A stretch of 64,000 nucleotides of DNA from an uncultured Eubacteriales bacterium (GTDB lineage Bacteria; Bacillota; Clostridia; Oscillospirales; Oscillospiraceae), in NCBI GenBank assembly GCA_902475855.1, contig CABSBF010000005.1, forward strand, positions 1,741 through 65,740. Reading direction: 5' to 3'. The notes beneath the pieces are model-generated. The model was given only the letters and a program-made list of their open reading frames with translations. It ran no database searches and was not told the DNA's origin. Of this stretch, positions 18,239-28,630 are shown in pieces. Position 1 is the stretch's first letter. Every line of letters begins with the position of its first letter. A program made the position numbers and the translations under genes.

Positions 18239-20473
18239 ATGGAACCTTATCAGAACAAAACGCTTTCTCCGGAGATGCGCGCAGAGGATCTGCTCTCGCG
18301 CATGACGCTGCGGGAAAAAATCGGGCAGCTCAATCAGCGGCTCTACGGCTTCCAAATCTATACGCGTGAGGGCGAGAATATCGCCCTCACGCAGGAATTT
18401 ACAGATGAGGTCGCCCGCTATGGCGGCCTCGGCGCGCTCTATGGCCTGCACCGCGCCGATCCTTGGTCAGCAAGAGACTTTGAAAACGGTCTGACCGGAC
18501 GGTTAGCCGTCCGTGCGCGCAATCAGGTGCAGCGTTATGTGATAGAACACTCACGCTTCGGCATCCCAGCGCTGTTCAGCAGTGAATGTCCGCACGGCCA
18601 TCAGGCGCTGGACGGATATCTTCTTCCCGTCAATCTTGCAAGTGCATGCAGCTTTTCCCCGGAACTTTTACGGCAGGCAGCCGAAGTCTGCGGACAGCAG
18701 CTCCGCGCAGCCGGTGTCGACCTTGCCCTTGCTTCCGCGCTGGATGTTCTGCGGGACCCCCGCTGGGGCAGAAGCGAGGAATGCTTCGGCGAGGATCCCT
18801 ACCTGGCCTCGCGGATGGCCGAGGCCGTCGTGCGCGGGATTCAGTCGCAGGGAGTGGATGTAGTTGCCAAGCACCTGTGCGCACAGGGTGAAACGACCGG
18901 CGGTGTCAATGCAAGTGCTGCCCGCATCGGCCCGCGCGAACTGCGCGAAATCCACCTCCCGCCGGCGAAAGCCTGTGTAGAAGCAGGAGTTTCATCTTTT
19001 ATGGCGGCTTACAATGAAATTGACGGTATATACTGTCATGCGAACCGCTGGCTTTTAACGGAGCTTTTGCGCGAGGAATACGGCTTCAATGGATTTGTCA
19101 TGTCAGACGGCGTGGCGCTGGATCAGCTGGACGCTGTTACCGGCGACCGGACGCACTCCGGTGCAGCCGCGCTGAATGCAGGCGTGGATATGGGACTCTG
19201 GGACACGGCCTTTGCGCGTCTGGAGGAAGCAGTTCGGCTGGGACTCACCACCGAGGAGAAAATTGATGAGGCAGCCCGTCGTATCCTGGTTCTGAAATTC
19301 CGCCGTGGCCTGTTTGATCAGCCGTATCTTCCTGAAAATGATGCAATCTTCTCATATGAGGCCTATCCGCAGGCGGCGCTCCTTGCGGAGCAGAGCATGG
19401 TTCTCCTGAAGAATCAAAATAATTTGCTTCCAATTTCGGCAGAGAATTCGATGAAAATTGGCCTTGTCGGGCCGAATGCGGATGCACTGTACAATCAGCT
19501 CGGAGACTATACACCCCCGCAGCGCCCTGGAACGGGGAGTACACCGCTGCAGGGACTGGAACGTCTGCTGAGCGAAACTGGGCACGAACTCGTCTATTTC
19601 CCGGGCTGCCCGATGTTTGCCGGCGATCCGGAATGGACGCGGAACGCAGCGGATGCGCTTGCAGACTGCGATATGGTCGTTGCTGTTCTGGGCGGAACTT
19701 CCAGCCGCTTCACAACGTGTGAATTTGATGCAAACGGTGCTGCAAAGGCTCAGAGCAAAACGAGCATGGACTGCGGCGAGAACGTGGACGATGCCCTGCT
19801 TCGCCTGCCGGGCGAGCAGCTTGCGCTGCTTCATGCGCTGCATTTGCTGAAAAAGCCGGTTGTATCGGTGCTGATCGCTGGACGCCCCTACGAAATGGCA
19901 GAGGTGGATGCGCTTTCCGATGTGATCGTCTGCGCTTTCTATCCCGGGCCAACCGGCGGAGATGCGCTCGCGCGTCTGCTGTTTGGTAAGGCAGAGCCTG
20001 CCGGACGCCTGGCGGTTTCCCTGCCGGATTATGCGGGGCAGCTCCCGGTGTATTATAACGCAAAGGACTCCTATCGCGCCGGCACCTATTATAATGTCAC
20101 TCGTCCGCGTTACAGTTTTGGCTGCGGCCTGAGTTACACTGATTTTTCCTATGAGCTTGCGGCGAAACCTGCCCCAAATGCGCTTACGCTGACGTTTTCC
20201 GTGCGCAATACCGGAACACGATATGGCTGGGCGGTACCGCAGCTTTATCTGCACCGGATGCAGGGCGCTGCGACGAGCCGAATTCGACAGCTTTGCGGTT
20301 TTACTAAACTATATCTGGCGCCGGGTGAAACACAGCGCGCGACGATAGCAATTCCGGAGGAGAGCTTGATGCAGTATGACAGCGCAATGCGACAGTGTAC
20401 GCCTCCCGGTCGCATTGAATGGTTTCTCTCGGACTGCGGCGAAACAAAACTGTGCGGTGAATTTGTTTTATAG
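18239..20473 (+). CDS. GH3 beta-glycosidase (beta-glucosidase/beta-xylosidase family)
   Basis: MTLREKIGQL, DPRWGRSEECFGEDP, AKHL, VMSDG nucleophile, VLLKNQ, FGCGLSYT, C-terminal FN3-like domain. Confidence 0.93.
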   Translation: MEPYQNKTLSPEMRAEDLLSRMTLREKIGQLNQRLYGFQIYTREGENIALTQEFTDEVARYGGLGALYGLHRADPWSARDFENGLTGRLAVRARNQVQRYVIEHSRFGIPALFSSECPHGHQALDGYLLPVNLASACSFSPELLRQAAEVCGQQLRAAGVDLALASALDVLRDPRWGRSEECFGEDPYLASRMAEAVVRGIQSQGVDVVAKHLCAQGETTGGVNASAARIGPRELREIHLPPAKACVEAGVSSFMAAYNEIDGIYCHANRWLLTELLREEYGFNGFVMSDGVALDQLDAVTGDRTHSGAAALNAGVDMGLWDTAFARLEEAVRLGLTTEEKIDEAARRILVLKFRRGLFDQPYLPENDAIFSYEAYPQAALLAEQSMVLLKNQNNLLPISAENSMKIGLVGPNADALYNQLGDYTPPQRPGTGSTPLQGLERLLSETGHELVYFPGCPMFAGDPEWTRNAADALADCDMVVAVLGGTSSRFTTCEFDANGAAKAQSKTSMDCGENVDDALLRLPGEQLALLHALHLLKKPVVSVLIAGRPYEMAEVDALSDVIVCAFYPGPTGGDALARLLFGKAEPAGRLAVSLPDYAGQLPVYYNAKDSYRAGTYYNVTRPRYSFGCGLSYTDFSYELAAKPAPNALTLTFSVRNTGTRYGWAVPQLYLHRMQGAATSRIRQLCGFTKLYLAPGETQRATIAIPEESLMQYDSAMRQCTPPGRIEWFLSDCGETKLCGEFVL

Positions 20474-20482
20474 GTGATTGGC

Positions 20483-21958
20483 ATGCTATATATTGGAATT
20501 GATCTTGGAACCTCTGCCTGCAAGCTCCTGCTTGTCGATGCGCAGGGTACAATTCTGAATACGGTTACGAAGACTTACCCCTCCAGCTTTCCGCAGCCCG
20601 GCTGGTCTGAACAGAATCCGGAGGACTGGTGGAATGCGGTTGTTGCAGGTGTGCCGGAGCTGCTTCTGGGATTTGACGCATCGCAGGTTGCCGGCATCGG
20701 CGCAGGCGGGCAGATGCACGGGCTTGTTGCGCTCGATGCGCAGAATTGCGTGATCCGGCCGGCGATTTTGTGGAACGACGGCAGAACAGCCAAGCAGGTC
20801 GAGTACCTCAATGAGGAGGTCGGCCGCGAACACCTTTCCAAACTGACGGCCAATATCGCCTTTGCCGGGTTTACCGCGCCCAAGATCCTCTGGATGCGCG
20901 AAAATGAACCCGAAAACTACCACAGAATCGCAAAGATCTTACTCCCAAAAGATTATGTTAACTTCAACCTGACAGGGATCCACTCCTGTGATTACTCTGA
21001 CGCTTCCGGAATGCTGCTGCTTGACGTAAAACACAAGCGCTGGTCACAGGAGATGCTTTCCATCTGTGGCATCACGGAGGCGCAGCTTCCGAGACTCTAT
21101 GAGAGCTTTGAAGTTGTCGGTACGCTCACCAGACAGGCAGCCGAGCAGCTCGGGCTGCCGGAAACGGTCAGGGTCGTTGCCGGTGCGGGCGACAACGCGG
21201 CGGCAGCCGTAGGCACCGGAACCGTGGGTGCGGGCGGATGCAATCTATCGCTTGGCACGTCCGGTACACTTTTTATTTCCTCCGAAACCTTCGGCGTTGA
21301 CCCGAACAACGCGCTGCATGCTTTTGCCCATGCCGACGGCGGCTATCACCTGATGGGCTGTATGCTCTCCGCGGCGAGCTGCAATCAGTGGTTCTGCAAA
21401 AATATTCTGAAAACAGAGGATTATTCCGGAGAACAGAACGAAATACCTGAGGAAAAACTCGGAGATAACCATGTCTATTTCCTTCCTTACCTGATGGGTG
21501 AGCGCAGCCCGATCAATGATACAAATGCGCGCGGCACCTTCCTCGGTATGACCATGGACACCTCGCGTGCAGATCTTTTGCAGGCGGTTCTGGAGGGCGT
21601 GGCATTTGCAATCCGCGACTCCTTTGAGGTTGCAAAATCGCTCGGCATTGAGATTTCCCGTTCGAACATCTGCGGCGGCGGTGCGAAAAGTCCGCTATGG
21701 CGCAGAATTTTCGCCAATGTCCTGGGGATCCCGCTTGATATGGTCAAAACCGAGCAGGGCCCGGGCTATGGTGCGGCCATGCTTGCCATGGTCGGCTGCG
21801 GGGAGTTTTCCTCCGTGCGCGAAGCGGCGAAGGCTCTTGTCGAAATTGCTGCGACTACCGAACCGGAACCGATGCTCACGGCCAAATATGAGGAACGCTA
21901 CAAGAAATATCAACTGCTCTATCCTTCACTGAAACCCGTATTTTCCAAACTCGCTTAG
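20483..21958 (+). CDS. xylB: Xylulokinase
   Basis: IGIDLGTS, GQMHGLV, ILWNDGR, FTAPKILW, GDNAAAAVG, YLMGERSP, GGGAKS. Confidence 0.92.
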   Translation: MLYIGIDLGTSACKLLLVDAQGTILNTVTKTYPSSFPQPGWSEQNPEDWWNAVVAGVPELLLGFDASQVAGIGAGGQMHGLVALDAQNCVIRPAILWNDGRTAKQVEYLNEEVGREHLSKLTANIAFAGFTAPKILWMRENEPENYHRIAKILLPKDYVNFNLTGIHSCDYSDASGMLLLDVKHKRWSQEMLSICGITEAQLPRLYESFEVVGTLTRQAAEQLGLPETVRVVAGAGDNAAAAVGTGTVGAGGCNLSLGTSGTLFISSETFGVDPNNALHAFAHADGGYHLMGCMLSAASCNQWFCKNILKTEDYSGEQNEIPEEKLGDNHVYFLPYLMGERSPINDTNARGTFLGMTMDTSRADLLQAVLEGVAFAIRDSFEVAKSLGIEISRSNICGGGAKSPLWRRIFANVLGIPLDMVKTEQGPGYGAAMLAMVGCGEFSSVREAAKALVEIAATTEPEPMLTAKYEERYKKYQLLYPSLKPVFSKLA

Positions 21959-21966
21959 GAGGCTTT

Positions 21967-23451
21967 ATGGACAAGATGAAAATGATTCAAAACATTCCGG
22001 AAGTAAAGCTTGGAATCATCGCGGTATCTCGCGACTGCTTTCCGCGCACGCTTTCGCAAATGCGCCGTGCCAACATCGTAAAGGAAAGCGGCATTTATGA
22101 ATGCCCCGTAACCGTAGAAAACGAACTGGATATGCGGAAGGCGGTTGCTGACGTGAATTCGGCGGGCTGCAATGCGCTTGTTGTCTTTTTGGGGAATTTT
22201 GGCCCGGAAACGCCGGAAACGCTGATCGCAAAGTATTTTGACGGCCCGTGCATGTTTGTTGCGGCGGCCGAGGGCGACGGCGACCTCATCAGCGGGCGCG
22301 GCGACGCATACTGTGGTATGCTCAACTGCTCCTACAACCTCGGCCTGCGCGGCCTCAAAGGCTATATTCCGGAGTATCCGGTTGGTACGGCGGAGGAAAT
22401 CGCAGGGATGATCAGGGAATTCCTGCCCATCGCCCGCGCGGTGATCGGCGTGAAGAATCTGAAAATCATCACCTTCGGGCCGCGTCCGCAGGACTTTTTC
22501 GCCTGCAATGCGCCAATCCACGGCCTCTATGAGCTTGGCGTCGAGGTGGAGGAAAACTCGGAGCTTGACCTGCTTGTGGCATATAAAGCGCACGCCGGTG
22601 ATGCGCGCATTCCGGCAGTCTGCGAGGATATGAAGCGCGAATTGGGTGAGGGTCGCTACTACGCAGACCTGATGGAACGCATGGCGCAGTTTGAGCTGAC
22701 TCTGCTGGACTGGGCGGAGACTCACAAGGGCGCACGCGACTACGTCGCCTTTGCGAATAAGTGCTGGCCGGCTTTCCCGGAGCAGTTCGGCTTTGAACCG
22801 TGTTATGTAAATTCAAGACTCGTTTCGCGCGGGATCCCCGTAGCCTGTGAAGTGGATATTTACGGTGCGCTGAGCGAGTACATCGGACTTTGCGTCAGCC
22901 AGGATGCGGTCACGCTGCTGGATATCAACAATTCCGTTCCGGCGAGCCTCTTTGCCTCGGAGATTCAGGGCAGATTTGACTATACTCTGACCGATACTTT
23001 CATGGGATTCCATTGCGGCAACACGCCGAGCTGCAAGCTCTGTGCCGACCGCGCGGTGAAATATCAGCTCATTCAAAACCGCCTTCTTGAAAACGGCGGC
23101 ACGCCGGACTTTACCCGCGGCACGCTGGAGGCTGACATCGCACCCTCGGAGATCACATTCTACCGCTTGCAGTGCGACAGTGAAGGAACGCTGCGCTCCT
23201 ACATTGCGCAGGGCGAGGTGCTTCCGGTTGCGACAGGCAGCTTTGGCGGGATCGGCATTTTTGCCATCCATGAGATGGGACGCTTCTACCGTCATGTACT
23301 GATCGAGAAACGTTATCCGCACCATGGCGCGGTGGCTTTCGGTCACTACGGCAAGGCGCTGTTTGAGGTCTTTAAGCTGCTCGGTGTGCGCGATATTGCC
23401 TACAATCAGCCCAAAGCCCTCCCATATCCGACTGAAAATCCGTTTGCATAA
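21967..23451 (+). CDS. L-fucose/L-arabinose isomerase family protein, probable non-canonical xylose isomerase (XylA-II type)
   Basis: KLGIIAVSRDCFP, GNFGPE, RGDAYCG, KCWPAF, ACEVDIYGALS, FHCGN, YPHH; directly after xylB. Confidence 0.75.
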   Translation: MDKMKMIQNIPEVKLGIIAVSRDCFPRTLSQMRRANIVKESGIYECPVTVENELDMRKAVADVNSAGCNALVVFLGNFGPETPETLIAKYFDGPCMFVAAAEGDGDLISGRGDAYCGMLNCSYNLGLRGLKGYIPEYPVGTAEEIAGMIREFLPIARAVIGVKNLKIITFGPRPQDFFACNAPIHGLYELGVEVEENSELDLLVAYKAHAGDARIPAVCEDMKRELGEGRYYADLMERMAQFELTLLDWAETHKGARDYVAFANKCWPAFPEQFGFEPCYVNSRLVSRGIPVACEVDIYGALSEYIGLCVSQDAVTLLDINNSVPASLFASEIQGRFDYTLTDTFMGFHCGNTPSCKLCADRAVKYQLIQNRLLENGGTPDFTRGTLEADIAPSEITFYRLQCDSEGTLRSYIAQGEVLPVATGSFGGIGIFAIHEMGRFYRHVLIEKRYPHHGAVAFGHYGKALFEVFKLLGVRDIAYNQPKALPYPTENPFA

Positions 23452-23473
23452 AAGATAATTGGAGGAAACAAGG

Positions 23474-24352
23474 ATGTACACAATTGCGAATCAGGATCTT
23501 ACCGTGACCGTTTCCCCGGATGGCGCGGAGCTTCAGAGCATCTGCGACGCAGAAGGTACGCAATACCTGTGGGACGGCAACCCTGCGTATTGGCCGGACC
23601 GCGCACTGAACCTGTTCCCTTACATTGCCCGGCTGCCACAGGGAAAGTACACTCTGGACGGCGAGGAGCATGAGATGCAGATCCACGGCATTGCACCTTA
23701 TCGCCGCTTCCGCCTGCTGGAACAAAGTGTTGAACGCATTGTCCTGGAGCTGCACAGCGACGAGTATACGCTGGATCAGTATCCACGCGAGTTTTCCTTC
23801 CGCATTGGCTATGCTCTGGAGGGGAAATGCCTCAATGTGACCTTTGAGGTGGAAAACCTGGATGTCAGGCCGATGTATTTCGGCCTCGGCGGGCATCCCG
23901 GGTTCCGCGTTCCCCTTGCCGGGGGAAAGCGCTTTGAGGACTACTGCCTTCGCTTCAGTGAGCCCTGTGCGCCGCAGCGTATCCTTTTTTCACCGGAGTG
24001 CTTTGTTACGGGAGAAACGACGCCCTTTGCGCTCCGGAACGGAACGGATATTCCGCTTCGGCACGAGATGTTTGACGAGGATGCGATTATACTGAGCGAT
24101 ACGGCGAAGGAAGTCACCCTGTGCGCGGAGGATGATGCGCATGCCGTGACCGTCCGTTTCCCGCAAATGCGCTATGTTGGATTCTGGCATATGCCGAATA
24201 CCGATGCCCCATATGTCTGCATTGAACCGTGGCTCTCTCTGCCTGCCTATGCGGGCCGAAAGGCGGTTCTGGAGGAGCAGGACAATCTGGCCGTGCTTGC
24301 TCCCGGCAAAGTCTACCGCAACTGCTGGTCGATTGAGATCCATAATTCCTGA
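23474..24352 (+). CDS. Aldose 1-epimerase family protein (LacX-like)
   Basis: GAELQSI, QYLWDG, LFPYIARL, HGIA, GGHPGF, YVCIEPW. Confidence 0.9.
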   Translation: MYTIANQDLTVTVSPDGAELQSICDAEGTQYLWDGNPAYWPDRALNLFPYIARLPQGKYTLDGEEHEMQIHGIAPYRRFRLLEQSVERIVLELHSDEYTLDQYPREFSFRIGYALEGKCLNVTFEVENLDVRPMYFGLGGHPGFRVPLAGGKRFEDYCLRFSEPCAPQRILFSPECFVTGETTPFALRNGTDIPLRHEMFDEDAIILSDTAKEVTLCAEDDAHAVTVRFPQMRYVGFWHMPNTDAPYVCIEPWLSLPAYAGRKAVLEEQDNLAVLAPGKVYRNCWSIEIHNS

Positions 24353-24366
24353 AGGAGAGGACGAAC

Positions 24367-26754
24367 ATGATAATCCGCGATTGGTTGTTTCACTTTGAAG
24401 ATCTGCACCTGCCCTGCAAGGCCCCTTGTACAATGTACAGCGTTCTGCTTGAGCATGAGAAAATTCCCGACCCGTTTTACGGTTTGAACGAACGCGAGTT
24501 GCAGCACCTTGGCGAGAAGGACTGCGCGTTCACGGCGGAGTTTTCTGTGGAGGATGCGCTGTTTGCACATGATTTTGCAGAGCTGACGCTTGCCGGAATT
24601 GACACGATCTGCGCCGTGTATCTCAACGGAAAACGGCTGGATCGCATCCGGAATATGCACCGCACCTATGTTTACGAGGTCAAAACGCTCTTGCTTCCCG
24701 GCAAGAATACCATTCGACTGGAATTCTCCTCTCCGATGCGTTATTTTGCAGAGGCACAGCGCCGCCACTATCTCTATATGAACGACGGCGACACGCTGCC
24801 CGGCGCTGCGCATCTGCGCAAGGCGATGTATCAGTCCGGCTGGGATTGGGGCCCGACACTGCCCGACATGGGAATTCTGCGCCCGGTGGAACTGAAATTC
24901 TATGATACCGACCGGCTTGATCACGTCCTTGTCAACCAACGCCATCATGACGGTGTTGTGGATGTCGATCTGCGGGTGTCTACCGCCAAGGAAAGCGGCT
25001 GCACTTTCACGGCGCTGCTGGATGGGAAGGAAATCACCCTGACGGATGGCGAAGGTTCGTTCCGTGTAGAATCTCCGCGCCTCTGGTGGGTGCGCGGCTA
25101 CGGCGAGCAGCCCCTTTATGAGCTTGAAGTCCGGCTGGTTTCTGACGGCCGTGTAATTGACTGCCAGAAGAAGAAAATCGGCCTGCGGACGTTGACCGTC
25201 AGCACAGCAAAGGATACCGATGGACGGGGCAGTGAGTTTTGCTTCGTACTCAACGGGATCAAGATTTTCTCCATGGGTGCAAACTATGTCCCGATGGATA
25301 ACCTCCTCACGCGCGTGACACGCGAGCGGCAGGAGCAGCTCATCCGCCAGGCAGTGGATGCGAATTTCAACACGCTGCGCGTTTGGGGCGGCGGATACTA
25401 TCCAGAGGATGATTTCTACGACCTGTGCGATGAGTACGGCCTGATGGTCTGGCAGGATTTTATGGTTGCCTGCGCAAATATCTGGATGACTGACGACATG
25501 GAAGAGGAATTTAGGCGGGAGGCAACGGATAACCTGTGCCGCCTTCAGCACCATGCCTCGCTTGCACTTCTGTGCGGCAACAACGAAATGGAGGATATGA
25601 TCCTCGGCGGTGCACAAAATGATGAGCTGGTGCATCAGGATTATCTGCGCCTGTATGAGCACCTTCTGCCGCAGCTTTGCCGCGAACTCGCCCCGGACAC
25701 CTTCTATTGGCCGTCCAGCCCATCCTCAGGCGGCGGGTTTGACGAGCCCGGTGAATTCTCACGCGGCGACACGCACTACTGGAAGGTCTGGCATGGCGGC
25801 GTACCCTTCACGGCTTACCGACAAGAGCACTTCCGCTTCTGCTCGGAATATGGCTTCGAAAGCTTCCCCTCAATGAAAACCATTCGCAGCTTCTGCAAGG
25901 AAGAGGACGAAAACTGCTTCTCCCGCGTGATGGAAAACCACCAGAAATGTAAGGGTGGAAACGGTAATATTCTTCGTTATTTGTCAAATAACTATCTGTA
26001 TCCGTCCAAATTTGAGAATCTGGTCTATGCCTCGCAGCTCTTGCAGGCAGATGCGATTGCCTATGGTGTGGAGCACTTCCGCCGCGAACGCGGCTATTGC
26101 ATGGGCTCAATCTATTGGCAGTTCAATGATTGCTGGCCGGTTGCGTCCTGGTCGAGTGTGGATTACTTCGGACGCTATAAAGCCTTGCACTATGCCGCGC
26201 GCCGCTTCTATGCGCCGGTTGCAATGGGACTGTTTGCGGAAAACGGCACGCTCGCGGTGAATATTGCCAATGAAACGCGAGAGACCTTCCGCGGAAGCGT
26301 CCGGCTCACGCTGTGCCGTGCAGATCTGACGGAGCTTGACCGCCGCGAGTGCGCGGTCGAGGTCACTGCGCTGAGCTCTTCTGACGTGCTGACCTACACG
26401 CTCCCGGAATTTGATCCCTATTCCTGCTTCCTTGCAGCGGATCTGTATGACGCGCAGGGCGCCTTCCTGACGCGGCGTGTTGAAACGCTCGTTCCGGCAA
26501 AGCATTTTGCATGGCGGAAGCCGACGCTTCAGGCAGAGTTCGTGGACAAGGACGGCGGCGTAGAGATCGCGGTATCCTCCGATGTCTTTACCAAGGGCGT
26601 CTTCCTCGATTTCTGCGGGTTTGACTGCGTCCTGAGCGATAATTTCTTCAGTCTGACGGATAAAGCGCCCTATCGCGTCTTTGTAAAGACCGAGAAATCC
26701 GCTGCCGAGCTGCGTGAAAATGCCGTATTCAAAACGGTTTACGACATCCGATAA
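24367..26754 (+). CDS. GH2 beta-mannosidase
   Basis: RKAMYQSGWDWGP, GANYVP, RVWGGG, VWQDFM, CGNNE, SEYGFES, YWQFNDCWP. Confidence 0.93.
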   Translation: MIIRDWLFHFEDLHLPCKAPCTMYSVLLEHEKIPDPFYGLNERELQHLGEKDCAFTAEFSVEDALFAHDFAELTLAGIDTICAVYLNGKRLDRIRNMHRTYVYEVKTLLLPGKNTIRLEFSSPMRYFAEAQRRHYLYMNDGDTLPGAAHLRKAMYQSGWDWGPTLPDMGILRPVELKFYDTDRLDHVLVNQRHHDGVVDVDLRVSTAKESGCTFTALLDGKEITLTDGEGSFRVESPRLWWVRGYGEQPLYELEVRLVSDGRVIDCQKKKIGLRTLTVSTAKDTDGRGSEFCFVLNGIKIFSMGANYVPMDNLLTRVTRERQEQLIRQAVDANFNTLRVWGGGYYPEDDFYDLCDEYGLMVWQDFMVACANIWMTDDMEEEFRREATDNLCRLQHHASLALLCGNNEMEDMILGGAQNDELVHQDYLRLYEHLLPQLCRELAPDTFYWPSSPSSGGGFDEPGEFSRGDTHYWKVWHGGVPFTAYRQEHFRFCSEYGFESFPSMKTIRSFCKEEDENCFSRVMENHQKCKGGNGNILRYLSNNYLYPSKFENLVYASQLLQADAIAYGVEHFRRERGYCMGSIYWQFNDCWPVASWSSVDYFGRYKALHYAARRFYAPVAMGLFAENGTLAVNIANETRETFRGSVRLTLCRADLTELDRRECAVEVTALSSSDVLTYTLPEFDPYSCFLAADLYDAQGAFLTRRVETLVPAKHFAWRKPTLQAEFVDKDGGVEIAVSSDVFTKGVFLDFCGFDCVLSDNFFSLTDKAPYRVFVKTEKSAAELRENAVFKTVYDIR

Positions 26755-26765
26755 GGCGGTACACA

Positions 26766-27422
26766 ATGAGAAATCTGTTTAATCCCGACAACCCCTTTAT
26801 GCGCTTCCTTTCCCGGGTGGGCGAGATGATCATGGTGAATTTTTTCTTTCTCGTCTGCTCCATTCCGATCGTAACCTGCGGCGCGTCTATCGTTGCGCTG
26901 AATAAGGTAACGCAAAACATTGCGTTTGACGGGGACAAGGGAGTGGTCAAGACCTTTTTCCGGGCGTTCTGCGACAATTTCAAGCAGGCGACGATCGCCT
27001 GGATGCTGATGCTGCTGTTCTTTGCCGGGATGGCCTGCAATCTGATTTTGGCGATGGCCTACACGTCCGGAGCGCTGCTGTTTCTCTGCAAGTGCATCAT
27101 AGGCGTCCTGAGTGCGGTTGTGCTGTCGCTGGGTGCGTACCTGTTTCCCCTTATCGCGCGCTATGAAAACACACTGAAGGAGCACTTTGTCAATGCGGGC
27201 GTCCTGCTGATCGTCAAGCTGCCACGTACGCTGGTAATGCTGCTGCTCAATGTACTTCCACTCCTTATTGCCTATTTTTCCCTGCCGCTGTTCTTCAAAA
27301 CGCTGGTTTTCTGGCTGCTGCTGGGCTTTGCGTTCGTTAGTTACATTGCAAGCACACTGCTTGCTCCTGTTTTCCGCGAGCTGGAAGCCGACGACGGCCG
27401 GAACGTTGGCCTGATGAACTGA
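26766..27422 (+). CDS. YesL/DUF624 membrane protein
   Basis: CSIPIVTCGASIVAL, FFRAFCDNFKQAT, FPLIARYEN. Confidence 0.85.
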   Translation: MRNLFNPDNPFMRFLSRVGEMIMVNFFFLVCSIPIVTCGASIVALNKVTQNIAFDGDKGVVKTFFRAFCDNFKQATIAWMLMLLFFAGMACNLILAMAYTSGALLFLCKCIIGVLSAVVLSLGAYLFPLIARYENTLKEHFVNAGVLLIVKLPRTLVMLLLNVLPLLIAYFSLPLFFKTLVFWLLLGFAFVSYIASTLLAPVFRELEADDGRNVGLMN

Positions 27423-27550
27423 GGCGGGCAAATGGCACCCGAACAATGCATGTATGCATGATAGGAACGGATGCGTTGAAAATGATAAAAACTTCAGTAG
27501 TTCGGGCTAATATATCTCTGCTTCTGCCAAATGCAATGGGTGGAAAACCA

Positions 27551-27579
27551 TTGACAAACTCTCCAAAAAATCGTATTAT
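27551..27579 (+). promoter_or_regulatory. Sigma-A promoter of nagB
   Basis: TTGACA-N17-TATTAT. Confidence 0.65.
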
Positions 27580-27788
27580 AATAGTAGAAATCGCAAAAAA
27601 ACGCATATTTCGCAAAACACATTTTTGCTGAGCGAATGCGCCCTCTGAAAATTATTTTTGGATAAGGCAGCGTTGCTTCGGGTACGGTACAGTCTGCCGG
27701 ATTTGACCTGAAAGGCAATTTTTCTACAGCAGCGGCTTCCCGGCCGCATGGAAATTGTATGATGATTACAGAGGAAGAAGGCATAAAA

Positions 27789-28532
27789 ATGAGACTGATA
27801 GAAGCAAAAGACTACCGCGAGGCAAGCCGACAGGTTGCAAACCTCATTTCCGCGCAGGTCATTCTGAAGCCGGACTGCGTGCTTGGTCTGGCCACGGGCA
27901 GCTCGCCCATCGGCGCGTATGAACAGCTCATTGACTGGTATAAAAAGGGCGACGTGGACTTTTCCAGGGTACGCAGCGTAAACCTGGACGAGTATGTCGG
28001 CCTTGCGCCCGCGCATGAGCAGAGCTATGCCTATTTCATGCACCACAACTTTTTTGACCACATCAACATCAATCCGAAAAATGTCCACCTTCCCGACGGC
28101 CTCGATCCGGACGCCGAAGGGCAGGGTAAAAAGTATGATGCGCTGATCCATTCGCTGGGCGGCGTGGATTTGCAGCTTCTCGGTATCGGCCGTGACGGGC
28201 ACATCGGCTTCAACGAGCCCTGTGACGAGTTTGTTAAAGGCACGCACTGCGTCGAGCTGACGCAGGATACGCGCGAGGCCAATGCGCGTTTCTTCGGCAG
28301 CATTGATCTTGTGCCGACGACGGCCTATACGATGGGCATTTTGGACATCATGCAGGCGCGCCGCGTGGTTATGATCGCCACTGGCAGCAGCAAGGCCGAC
28401 ATTCTGAAGGACGCCTTCTGGGGCCCGGTTACGCCGCAGATCCCGGCGTCGATCTTGCAGCTTCACCCGGACTTCACCCTCGTCGCGGACGAAGAGGCAC
28501 TGGCCGTGATCCATCGGGAAAAGCTGGCCTAA
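27789..28532 (+). CDS. nagB: Glucosamine-6-phosphate deaminase
   Basis: VLGLATGSSP, NLDEYVGL, LLGIGRDGHIGFNEP, PASILQLH. Confidence 0.97.
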   Translation: MRLIEAKDYREASRQVANLISAQVILKPDCVLGLATGSSPIGAYEQLIDWYKKGDVDFSRVRSVNLDEYVGLAPAHEQSYAYFMHHNFFDHININPKNVHLPDGLDPDAEGQGKKYDALIHSLGGVDLQLLGIGRDGHIGFNEPCDEFVKGTHCVELTQDTREANARFFGSIDLVPTTAYTMGILDIMQARRVVMIATGSSKADILKDAFWGPVTPQIPASILQLHPDFTLVADEEALAVIHREKLA

Positions 28533-28596
28533 AGATGCAAAATAGATGCGGTCTATAGACCGGACTGCAAGCGATGCGAACAAGAATTTACCCTCA

Positions 28597-28630
28597 AAAC
28601 GGAGGAGACAGAATGTCTCCTCCGTTTTTT
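28597..28630 (+). terminator. Intrinsic terminator after nagB
   Basis: AAACGGAGGAGAC...GTCTCCTCCGTTTTTT. Confidence 0.85.
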
